From assembly GCA_030390025.1 (NCBI GenBank), contig CM059430.1:33790001-33854000 (forward strand): a DNA stretch of 64,000 bases. The letters run 5' to 3'. The notes below the pieces were generated by a model. The model saw only the letters and a list, made by a program, of their open reading frames with translations. It ran no database searches and was not told where the DNA came from. Both the position numbers and the translations under genes were made by a program. Of this stretch, positions 1-12,400 are shown in pieces. The DNA is from Squalus acanthias. Taxonomy: Eukaryota. Position 1 is the first letter of the stretch. Each line of letters starts with the position of its first letter.

Positions 1-189
1 GATGGGTCTTGCCACATCCAGAAAACAAATTTCATAAAAAAAACTGCATGTCAGTGAGGAATAACACATGAACTTCCAGCTTTTGACATTTCAACTGAAG
101 GATGCTGCCTGTGCAGGGTGATTACCACAGATACCGAACTTTCACAAACGTACTTTAAGGTGGCACATACAAACCAAGGCAATGCATCA

Positions 190-482
190 TGTGCGGGTTA
201 GGTTGATTTGGCTATGATAAATTGACCCTTAGTGTTAGGGGGGGATTAAATATGTGGGGTTATGGGGATAGGATAGGAAGGGATATGTTAGGGGGAATTA
301 AATACGTGGGGTTACGGGGATAGGGTGGGATATGTGTCGGTGCAGGCTCGATGGGGATTCTGTGTGAGAAAGCAGGGACAGGGTACTGGATTTGGATGAT
401 CAGCCATGATCGTATTGAATGGTGGAGCAGGCTCGACGGGCCGAATGGCCTACTCCTGCTCCTAGTTTCTATGTTTCTATGA
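190..482 (+). mobile_element. HE1-type SINE, 5'-truncated
   Basis: Ends in the CR1/HER1-type tail gggccgaatggcctactcctgctcct...tttctatg; near-identical to the copy at 24177-24607. Confidence 0.8.
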
Positions 483-1202
483 CACAAACGCGTAGCCTTT
501 TATAAGTCTCTGGTTTACTCTGCATATATTCAAAGGTGGTTGCATTTTCTTAGAGAAGAAAGCCCAGTGAACTTGCTCCATGTAAAGGAAAGCTGTAATG
601 TTTGTCAATGTCGCTTACTGTGTACGCATCTGAGACAGCTGGTCACATCTCCCACAGTTGTGAGCTTGTTGATCTTGGTCCACTGAAGCAGCATTCATTT
701 TTAGCCCTGTTCAATCCAGAAAAATGCTGAATGCAGTAACAGATTACATTCTGTGTCCTAATGAAATACATTTTTCTTACCCTGTAGTCTAGCTCCTAAA
801 CATCCTTGACATGACGTCGGGCTTGAGATTAAAAGTTTCAGGAACAGAAGCAGTAAATGTCATTGCTCTACAACAAAAAACACTGCCCTGTCAATACTAG
901 AGAGAATAAAAATGTTCATGTTGTTCATCCACCAGAAGTGACCCAAGCAGAGCCTGCACAGGAAGCTTCCTGCATGTGTTCCTGTAGCATAGTCAGCGAA
1001 CATCAGTGTTGGAATGTGTGCACCTGTCTGTTAGGCTAGTTACACTACCCTAGTCAATGGCTGTCACTAGATTCAGTGTTGGAGAATGATTTTCCTTTTA
1101 AGCTCTAGTCACATTTATAAAAATATAGGAGTCAGATCTAGTCAGCAGATCTTACATTCAACTTTGAAATGTTTTGCACACCTTTGAAATGCCTTGATAT
1201 AA

Positions 1203-1204
<2 letters not shown>

Positions 1205-1259
<55 letters not shown>
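1205..1259. repeat. (TA)n microsatellite
   Basis: Direct reading. Confidence 0.98.
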
Positions 1260-1263
<4 letters not shown>

Positions 1264-2339
1264 TGTATTATTTCTCAGTTCATGCCCCTGCACTGGTAGG
1301 ACGAAAGCCTTCTCTCTCTGCTGGCTGTAAGGATCCGAGGGGAGCGTCGGTTTCCGCATGAAATGGGCGGGGCAATTTCACGTGGCCCGAGGCCCGATCG
1401 AAATTGACCTTCGGGCATCAACTGCACGAAATCGGCGTGCTGTGGACGGCAGTTGGGTGTTTGATGCAGCTTACAGTTTGGAGCTGTGGGAATTTTAGTC
1501 GGCTCTGCACCGAGCCGGCCCACAGGTAGATCCTGGGAGTGGGGGAGCGGCGAGACTGGGCCAGCAGCAGCCCGCTGCGTTTCTGTGGAATCGGGAGAAC
1601 TCCTGCTCTTCCAGGCGCCACAGCAATTATAATCTAAAAACTTTCCTCATCTTTTTGTGGACGGCCTCGAGTGGTTCCTTTAAGGGCTGCTGAAGACCTG
1701 GAACAACTGGGTGGGACATATGGTTTTCAGCTGATGACCAATTTTGCATTGGGGTCCTAAAACTAGTGCTAGGACCCCTATTTGCATATTCAAGACACCC
1801 AACGCCTGTTTCAGGCGAGTGCCCATGCCAGCGCACTTCCGGGGGAGACTGGGCGTGAGAGATTGTAACCTGATATTCTTCCCCCCAACGCTCATTGTCG
1901 CCCAGAAAATGGGCACAACGCTGTCTAATTTCCACCCCCTAGTCTCAATCCATTTTCTAGTGGGGATGGGTCCACAGCACGAAACTGCTCCTAATTTGGT
2001 ATTTAGGGGATAATTCTGTGATTCTTCCCTTCCAGCAGGGAACCAGACTGATAGAGAGAGTGCTGGTTAGTACTGTAGCCCTATCTCTGATCTGCACTCT
2101 CTTCCATTTGACTGTCCTGTTTGGAACACACGTTTATGGGATCAGGGCGTCGCTGGCAAAGGGATGGGCAATAAATGCTGGAATTGCCAGCGACGCCCTG
2201 ATCCCATAAACGAATAAAAAAAAAATGTAAAAAATTTCCCCTTAAGTAACCAGCCTTATTCAGGGAGGGGAGAAGGATGTTTGGTGTGGGAAATGGAAAA
2301 TGGCTGTCAAGATAGTCTTCAAAATTCAGACTAAAGTAC

Positions 2340-2480
2340 ATTGTTGGGACAGAGTAAAAGGGAGCGTTATGCTAAAGCTGGCTGTGTTTAACCTGAGCTG
2401 GGAGTGTTTGATACTGGTTGCCATAAAAGGGAAGTGTTCCATTCTTAAGCATCAACTTCCTTTGCTTTAGTGACTACAAA
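2340..2480 (+). mobile_element. Ancient SINE fragment, LF-SINE-like
   Basis: gggacagagtaaaagggagc...ctgggagtgtttgatactg...gtgttccatt resembles the LF-SINE core as I recall it; not aligned. Confidence 0.45.
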
Positions 2481-3369
2481 AAACCACCAAAGAAAGTTGC
2501 TACAGATTCCTTTTCTGACCCAATTCTAATCCTAGTCTGAAATTGTTTTATAAATAGTAGACTTTTTGTCATGTGACACAATGTAAAATCAGAGTAAGTT
2601 CTAAAAAAAACTATACACATCTTTCTTTAAAATGGTGCCTGAAGGGCATTTAGGCTGTAATATGCTCTTAGCATTTGGTTATGGCATTATTACAATATTA
2701 TAATTTCAGACTAGGATTAGAATTGAATCAGCTAAGAAATTTGTAAGATGCTCTCAGCATTCGGTTTATGATATTGTCTCACCTCTTGAATAAATTACAG
2801 CCTTGTAATGCACTCAGCCATTGTTTGCTTCCTCTATCTTAACTATTAAATGCAGGTGTTAAGCTAGTGCATTATTGCACAAACAACTGCTTATGACACT
2901 AATCAGTACATGGTTATGCAGATCATGCAAAACTTTTCACATATGATTTCTGTAAATCTGCACTGATGAATACTCTGCAGTATTGAATCAATGCAACATA
3001 CTGGAATAGACTGAATAAAGCACTCCCTGCAGTTTAGGTTCTGTTGATGACATGCTACTAAGTCCTTAAAATATTGAATTTGCCATTAATATTTTAATAT
3101 TAAATATCCAGTTTTTTCACTGTACTGAACATTTTCATACTGTCAGTATGTTTAGTCAGAGGAGGCAGGTTAACACGGTTATATGATGATGTGGGTCTGA
3201 ACACTTAGACCGGGACCAGAACACAAAAGGACAATTATGTCTTTATGGGCTGGGCTTTACTTAGCAACCACGCCGTTCTGGTGCTCACAACATAAACTTA
3301 CAGCAGAAACTTTTATCTTCAGCTGTACATCTGTGCAATATACATACCGATACACTTCATTTTCTGAAA

Positions 3370-3454
3370 TTAATTCAGTCGAAGATTTGGGTTTTTATGA
3401 CTGGCATTTTTCAATCTTTCCTTTCCATCATTTGATATTTTATTCACCAGAATC
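3370..3454 (-). CDS. Exon 12: terminal LRR/cap (ILVNKISNDGKERLKNASHKNPNLRLN*)
   Basis: Long polypyrimidine tract ending ttttag, phase 2 start, NKISNDG LRR motif, TAA at 3372-3370. Confidence 0.85.
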
Positions 3455-6400
3455 CTAAAAGAAAAAAAAGTTAAAGAATTTCAGAAGTGAGAACACAAAA
3501 ACTATGTATTAAAATCCTTGCGTTGGTAAAACTGTCAGACCCCAGAATATTGAAATCAAAGGTCATATTGTAACAGCAATTCCTGCTGTTCCTACTTCCT
3601 CCAGAGGGGGGTGGGGTGCTGCAACCTCTTTAAAAATAACAAAAGGGCCAATTTTGCTCTTGTTGTACTTGGATATGAAGGATGCAGTGAGTGCACAAAG
3701 GAAAATCAGGGGTGGGATCTCACATACATAATGGAGTACACTCAATCTTCCATCCAACTAAAATGCAGTAAGAGAAAGATCTGCACTAATACGACAAGGC
3801 CGAGCGTTATTTCTATTTCCTTTAGAGGTGGGTACTGCAACTTCTTTCAGTCTGTTACAACAAGCACAGCTAAAAGATATACCATTTCCTCTAACTCACT
3901 GCGAGCAAGGTCATAGGAGCCTGAGCAGTATTATGAAATATCATAACAGTTTAATTATTTTGCTAGATATTTGAGGTGATTCTGAAATTAACAATTTACA
4001 GAATAAATGCATCTTATTGGTTGATACCTAACATTAGCAGATGTTTTCAATACAGGCAGGATTATTACATTGCGATTTTTTTGGCACACTGAAATTAATC
4101 ATTATTTATTTTCAAATAGCACTGATTGGAAAACTTAAATTATTTGCACTGTTAAGTAAGATAAACAGCATACTTACTAATTTCTTACACTTTCCCTTTT
4201 AAATCAGTGGCATTTTACATAAGGAACGTTTTATTCTTAATAATACAAAAGTCAAATTGGTATGACATGGACATGTGCTAGTTTTACTTCCTTTAGAGGT
4301 GAGTTCACAGAACCTGTGATCAGACACACGAGACTGACGTTTTAGAGTTGAAATCTACTCACTAAAAAAAATGCACCTTTCCAATAAAAAGACTGCCTTG
4401 TGTATATGATCGTAATGTACCAATAAATTCTAAATAAACAACTTTTTAAACACATGTACAATTAAAACAAAATTCTTACCACAACTCTTCAAGTGTGCCA
4501 TTCACTTCTAAAGCACTTCTAAAGTAATCACTCCCCTTTTCAGTGATATCATTGTCTCCAAGTCTGCAAACAAGTATTGTCCATTTTATTACGCAGCTAC
4601 CAACACAGTACAGGTAACATGTAAAATGAAATTCTTTAAATATGAAGGATCTGAATTACAGAATATATATTGAACACGAAACAACGCAACACTTTTGTTT
4701 TAAAGGAGCACTTCTCATAATATACAATGAACAATTACTTCCATTGTTTAACTGAAAATGATATAAAAGTGAAAATGAAAGCGTTAATAGTTTTGGCCAA
4801 GATTAAAGAATAGAGCTTGAAACGTAGCACTTATTCATAAGTTAGTAATTAACTCTTTTAATTAATTAAACTTCTTCACTAAGGACACTCCACAAGGTGA
4901 ACAATGTTAAAACATGCTGAAAAGAGATATTTAAGTTTAATTATAAGAACAGTAATCTATACGCACATGGCTGTATTAGTAACTTAACAGGTTGTCAATA
5001 AAAGTAGTGATTTCCCATCCAAGATAGTTGTGGGATTGAGTGAGTGTAAGAGCTGTCTGCCATTAAAATCTGTCTTTCAAATTAAATTAAATTAAAAATA
5101 AATAAATTGAGAAACCAATTTGAAAGGCTAAGTCCATAGTGCAGGACACTTCCAAGTTGCAAAGAGTAAAAGGGGTGGTGAGGTAAACCAAGAAGTAATA
5201 ATTAGCTGATGCCAAACTTGAATCTTAAAAGGCTGAGGATAGTAAGAGGAAGGACATACTGAATGGATGGTAAGAATCTCCACAGTCTTATGGTCCAGTG
5301 AAGGAATTAATTAGATTGGGAGACTATGTGGTGGGCTTTGATTCTAACACAGTGAGGTCCTGAGTAGGGAAAGAGTGTAAAGAACAGCATATCTGGAGGT
5401 TAGGAGGAACAAGAAAGGAAAATTCAGAGAAACACTGATCATAATAGTATTGATAAAACACAGAGAGAAAAAATAAGTCACAACAGAAATAGATAGAAGA
5501 GGCTTGAGATGAGAAATGGATCGCCTATCAGATGATAAGGAATGAGAGAAAGTTATTAGAAAAGCCTCCCCAAATATGGGAGTAATATTCAAGTGGACTT
5601 GAGGTTTAAAGAGAGTTAAGGATTTTTGAGAGGAGAACAAGTATTTAGCATGAAAGTGGAACCCAAACCTCGTGGAGGCATCCTTAGCAATGGATAAGAT
5701 GTGGGAGTTCCATTTGAGGTCAGAGGAGATATTAAGGCCAGGAATGTTGATAAAAGAGGGCTCTTAGACTGAGGACTTGCAACCTGAAGGAGGTTGATGA
5801 ATAACAGAGTGGAATCATCAGTTGAAGAGTGGATATGATTGGATGATGACTGTAAGGATCATTAATATGAAAAAGGAATTGAGTAGCAGAGAGGATGGAG
5901 CTCTGGAGAACCCCTGCGTTAATGGAAAAAGGAGTCAGACAATAAGCCACCAACTATTGCACATATGGAATGATTTGAGAGGAAGCTATCTAGCCAAAAA
6001 ATTAGCTTTGGTGGGAAGCCATATGATTGTAACTTAGAAGTGCACCTGGTCAAAAGTTTTGGAGATGTCCAGACATGTTGAAAACCATATTGTTAAAGAT
6101 TAGTCTGGAACTTTCAAGATGTGGAGATGCCGGTGTTGGACTGGGGTGGACAAATGTGAGAAGTCGCACAACACCAGGTTATAGTCCAACAGTTTTATTT
6201 GAAATCACAAGCTTTCGGAGTGCTGCTCCTTTGTCAGGTGAAGTGAAGAGCTGTGCCTATATACATCTCTTCACTTCACCTGACGAAGGAGCAGCGCTCC
6301 GAAAGCTTGTGATTTCAGATAAAACTGTTGGACTATAACCTGGTGTTGTGCGACTTCTCACTTTTGGAACTTTCAAAGTAATGGATAATTTGAGAATGAA

Positions 6401-9400
6401 CAACAGCTTATACAGCCTTAGAAAGTACAGCGGTAAAGGCAAGAGGGTAGTACTTGGAAAGATAAGAGTGACTGCTTATCTGAGGAATAGGATGAACACG
6501 AGCAAATTTCCAAGAAGAAAAGGTGAACTGGGAGTAAGAGAAATTGAGATGTCATAGAACAAGGGTGAGTTTGGAGGCACAAGTCTTGAGGGAGATAGGA
6601 GGGATATTATCAGCATCACAAGTCATATTGGAATCCAGAGAGTGGGAGATCCAACAGATCTAGCAGGGGTAACAGAATGGAGCAATGGAGGGAGGTTATT
6701 TACGAGGGTCGTCGAGAGTAGAGTTGGAGGGGAAAAGTGAATCAAAAAGGTCAGCTTTATTTTAGGACAGCTAGCAATAGAATTATGAGGGCAGAAGAGA
6801 GGTGCAAAAGAGGACCTATAGAAGTCACAACTCTGGCAGATAACTGAATCCCTACTTATAACTTTTTTCTTTCATGTGCAGCCACTTAACTTCAATTGTC
6901 TGCATCCTTTTAAATTTACCCAACACACCTTACAAGCTTGCCTGAATGGCTGCTTACATGTAATTTCCTGCTCCACTCTGGATAGCTTCCAATGCCAGGT
7001 CCAGTATCTGCTGGGAGTGTGCCCACACTATGTAAATAAAGCTCACCGCGAAAAATCAGCTAGGCTCAGCAGACCAACAGTCAGGCAAGTGCTAATGCAC
7101 CATTCAATTAACACCTGTTTGTAAAATTTAACTCAAGAGTTCTTATGGAAGTGAGTGTGCCTGGGAGGGGGTGAGATTGGAGACAGTTTTAATATGTGAG
7201 TTTAGATTTAAACCCTTACCTTAATTCAACCAAGCTGCGATTTCTTTTTACTGCTTGTGCCATGTACATTGCGCCTTCATCCCCGATCTTGTTAAATTGT
7301 AAGCTGAATTAGGACAAAGGCGTATATATTAATACAAAAGCAAAATACTGCGGATGCTGGAAATCTGAAATAAAAACAGAAAATGCTGGAAATACTCAGC
7401 AGGTCAGGCAGCATCTGTAGAGAGAGAAACAGAGTTAACGTTTCAGGTCGATGACCCTTCGTCAGAACTGGAAAAAGTTGGAGATGGAACAGGTTTTTAA
7501 GCAAGTGCAGGGGCAGGGAAAGGGAGGAGGGGAGGAAAGAACAAAAGGGAAGGTCTGTGATAGGCTGGAAGGCAGGAGAGATTAAGAGACAAAAGGGATG
7601 ATGGTGCAAGGCAAAAGGAGATGGTAATGGGACAAGTTAAGAAACAAAAGATGACTTTAGATGAAGTGTAAATGGCAATGGCAGAATGAAAGACAGCTGC
7701 CATGTGAGAGAAAAAAAAATAAAAAAAATATAGGGGCAGAGGTTATGGTCTGATATTGTTGAACTCGATGTTGAGTCCAGAAGGCTGTAAAGTGCTTAAT
7801 CGAAAGGTGAAGTGCTGTTCCTCGAGCTTACGTTGAGCTTCACTGGAACAGTGTAAGAGGCCGAGGACGGAGAGATCAGAGTGGGAGTGGAGCGGAGAAT
7901 TAAAGTGACAGGCGACTGGAAACTCAGGGTCACCCTTACAGACTGAACGGAGGTGTTCCGCAAAGCGGTCACCCAATATGCGTTTGGTCTCTCCAATGTA
8001 GAGGAGACTGCATCGTGAGCAGCGAATACAGTATACTAAATTGCAAAAAATACAAGTAAATCGCTGTTTTACCTGGAAGGAGTGTTTGGGGCCCTGAACA
8101 GTGGGAAGGGAGGAGGTAAAAGGGCATGTGTTGCATTTCCTGCGCTTGCACGTGAAGGTGCCGAGCGAAGGGGAAGGGGTGTTGGGGGTGATAGAGGAGT
8201 GAACCAGGGTGTCGCGGAGGGAGCGGTCCCTTCGGAATGCTGAAAGGGGAGGTGAGGGGAAGATGTGTTTGGTGGTGGGATCACGCTGGAGGTGGCGGAA
8301 ATGGCGGAGGATGATCCGTTGAATGTGGAGGCTGGTGGGGTGAAAGGTGAGGACAAGGGGATCCTTATCGTGGTTCTGGGAAGGAGGGGAAGGGGTGAGA
8401 GCAGAAGTGCGGGAAATAGAACGGACACGGTCAAGGGCCGTGTCAACCACAGTAGAGGGGAATCCTCGGTTGAGGAAAAAGGAAGACATGTTGGAAGCAC
8501 TAGTATGGAAGATGGCATTGTCAGAGCAGATGCGGCGGAGATGGAGAAACTGGGAGAATGGAATAGAGTCCTTACAGGAAGTGGGGTGGGAGGAAGTAAA
8601 GTCCAGGTAGATGTGGGAGTCAGTGGGCTTATAGTGAATGTTTGTCAATAGCCTATCCCCAGAGATGGAGGCAGAGAAGTCGAGGAAGGGAAGGGAAGAG
8701 TCGGAGATGGACCATGTGAAGGTGAGGGAAGGGTAGAAATTGGAAGCAAAGTGAATGAAAATTTCTAGTTCAGAGCGAGAGCAGGAAATGGCACCGATAC
8801 AGTCATCAATGTACCGGTAAAAGAGGTGAGGGAGGGGACCCTAGTAGGACTGGAACAAAGAATGTTTTTACGTATATAGTAATGCTCTTCTAGCTCCAAA
8901 ATGACTCTGTTGATTAATATATTGAGCTGTGTGGAGCTGAGTCACACAGACCGGCAAGTTCCCAGGTTCAATCTTCAATCTGTGCTAAGTTAGCTGATTT
9001 GACTTTAGGTGGTGGAAGGGGTGTTACAGTTGGCTTCAGTGCCCATAGGTGAAAGAGGGAAAAGGAAAAACAGCCAGGCTTTCTCTCTAGATTTCAAACT
9101 AGTGACTCCTGCTGTGCAGTCACTGGATGAGGACAGCATCAGGCTCAGCTACACTTGTGATACCCTTTTGTTTGAAAAGCCTGCTACAACAACTTGTATT
9201 TATATAGTGCCTTTAACATAGCAAAACGTCCCAAGCCACTTCACAGGAGAGTTATAAAACAAAATTTGAAACTGAACCACATAAGGAGATATTAGAGCAG
9301 GTGACCAAAAGCTTGGTCAAAGAGGTAGGTTTTAAGGAGCGTCTTAAAGGAGGAAAGAGAGGAAGAGATGCAGAGAGGTTTAGGGAGGGAATTCCAGAGC

Positions 9401-12400
9401 TTAGGGCTTGGCAGCTGAAGGGATGGCCACCAATGGTGGAGTAATTAAAATGCCAGAATTGGAAGAGCGCAGAGATCTCGGAGGGTTAAAGGGCTGGAGA
9501 AGGTTACAGAGATAAGGAGGGGTGAGGCCATGGAAGATTTGAAAACAAGGATGAGAATTTTAAAATCGAGGCATTGCTTCACCAGGAGCCAATGTAGATC
9601 AGCGAACACAGGAGTGATGGGTGAACGGGACTTGGTGCGAGTTAGGACACGGGCAGCAGAGTTTGGATCACCTCAAGTTTACAGAGGGTAGAATGTGGGA
9701 GGCAGGCCAGGAGTGCTAATACTCACTATCTAGACTTGTGCATGAAGAAGCGCACCCATGGAACCATCCTGCAACAGGAAGCAGTGCCTTCAGGAAAGAA
9801 GGGGAGAAAATAGGAAAAAAATAGAAAAGCTGGATTTTCCAGGGATGATGATGCAGTGCTTTGGAGCACCAATGTGCTACGCCATAGATTTTACACCTGC
9901 ATCCTCTCATGTGGTGAGTTTCCATCCTTAGCCATGCCAACTGAAGGCCACAAGAGGAGAGGAAAAGGTCAGAGAAAGAACTACCCAATGTTGCTGTTGC
10001 AATCTTCCTAAAGAGCAGCATTACTGGAAATCTGGAGCAGATAGTTTGTTCACATCTTTTCATCCAGGGATGCTGTGTGGTAAAGGGAGATCACAGAGGG
10101 GGAGGGGAGAAAATAACAAATTCCTTACCAAAAAACACAGCTCCGAAAGACTGATAAAACAATCAACTGAAACATAACTTCCTGTTACATCTGAAATCAT
10201 ATCATTTTTGTAAATTCTAGCGCTTTGGGCTTTTCATGTTTTTTGACATGAATTGCAAAAAATAAAGCAAACATTGAATCAAAACAAAATGAGAATGCCA
10301 ACTCTTGGAATACTTATCCCATACGAAGCTCATGAGCCACTGGGCCCATGAAACTGTCAAGGCATGAAAACCAACCAAAGATGAATAATGCAGGTTGTAA
10401 GCTTGGATTTTACCTGACTACCTTGGTGGGTGGAGGAGCAGAAACTTTATAGAAACTTCCCTCAGAGATGAAATAAATTGAGGAGAATTGGGTAGAGGTC
10501 TTGATAGAGAAAATTGTGTATGTTCTGTGGAAGGAATGGGTTTGATGACCCAAATGGCTTTTCTTGTTCCATGCTCTTGTATGTTTTTATATTCTTACAC
10601 AGGAGAACTTCCAGTGGGTCCTTATGAATATTAAAGGGGCAAGGTTGGCAGAGAAAAGTTTCATGGCTCCAAAATTCCTCGGGTCGCAATCCTGGTGGTA
10701 AGACTGGGATCGCACCGATCATTCCCTCCAGCACTGATCCCACGTGTTTGCAGGCTGAACCAGATGAAATCTTATTTGCATGGGTCAGGTGGGTATAAGG
10801 GCCACCAGGCACATCTTTGGCAACAGCCTCTCCATGCCTGGCAGGAACTCTGGTGCCCGTTTATCCTTGGGGGAAGAGGTTGCTCAGGCATCCACCCTCC
10901 CCCCACCCCTGAACCTGGCAGTAGTCCTATATATAGATAAGGAAGCCAATCTGACCCCACCAGTGGGGTCCACATTAACCCTTGTGGAAGCCAGTATGCC
11001 TCCACTCTGCATACCAGCTGCCACCAATATACCGGGTCACACTGGAACTCCTGGCTTAGGGTGGCCCACCAATGCCTCTGTCCCTGGCTGTCATTTGCTT
11101 TGCAGGGAGTTCTGTCCCTTACAAGGCATTGAGGAAATGGCGGTGACTCAGCACAACTCGCAAGGAGTTTCGGGTCATATTTATAAACAAATCTAAGGCA
11201 CAATGCTCTCATTAAACATTTGGGGATGTAATTGTGTCTCTAGTTACAGCTGGGTGATACAAGTTTATTTTTTTGATTTTAGTTTTACTGAAAAACACAA
11301 ATAATAAAATGCACAAGTTGAAATGTTAAGACTTCAGCATGTATAGCACAGGCTGCAACGAGAGGTCCTGTTGGTCAATATGAGGAGCCACGATGGGGTT
11401 TACAAAGCAAGCCACAAACAGTGCTGCCCTGAAATTCTGTAATATGGCAAAGTATTACACAAAAAAGAATAATTCAGGGGAAAAAAAAACATACCCGACA
11501 ACTCTCAATGTTGTGTTGATCTCCAGAGCTTCAGCCATTGAACGGGCACCTTTGGCTCTGACAGCATTTGCTCTTAATCTAGTGAATACAAAGTGATCTC
11601 GTTAAAATAAGGGAACTAACATCATAGCCATCACGACGGCAGTGTAGCTAAATCAATTGATTGATAAATTCTCCTGAAAGTTTGACAAGTATTCTAATTA
11701 ACCAGGTTTAATACACACCCCAATGTTTTCAGACTGCTGTTTGTTTTCAAAGCTTCAGCTATTTGCGCTGCTCCTTTCTCCCCTATGGAGTTGTGCTTCA
11801 ACCTGTGAAGATTCCAGACATTCGGTTAATCTATTATTTGTACCATATGTCTGGACTTTAAATTAGTGATATCCAAATATTATATACAAATTATAGCATA
11901 TGATTTAATGATAATTGAGTTGGAAATATTCCCGATTAGCCTAATTTTCAGCATTGCATGGCATAATGGGAATTATTTACTGCATTAAAAAAATTAATAG
12001 GCAGACTGAATAGCAAGAAGTTATTTTCATGTGCTAAGCAGAGTTTATTGCACAGTGTGTTATTGTAGAATATATTACCCTGCTTGTCACTAGAACCAAC
12101 CATGTGTGCAAATAACATTTCAAATCATTTTTACTGTTGATAAACAAGATTATTTAAACCAACTAAAAATAGAATGATGCAATATATGTGAAAAATAAAC
12201 TAGACAACTCACATACCCCGTCCCCCATCATCAAAATCAGTTTTTTTTTAAAATTCATTCATGGGATGTGAGCATCACTGGCAAGGCCAGCATTTATTGC
12301 CCATCCCTGTTTGCCCTTGGTGGTGGTGAACCGCCTTCTTGAACCGCTGCAGTCCGTGTGGTGAAGGTACTCCCACAGTGCTGTTAGGGAGGGAGTTCCA

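Noticed and set aside
10128-10150. Possible small exon with a gtaagg donor in an LRR intron
   Set aside because: About 22 nt, not frame-preserving and not LRR-like; upstream acceptors introduce stops
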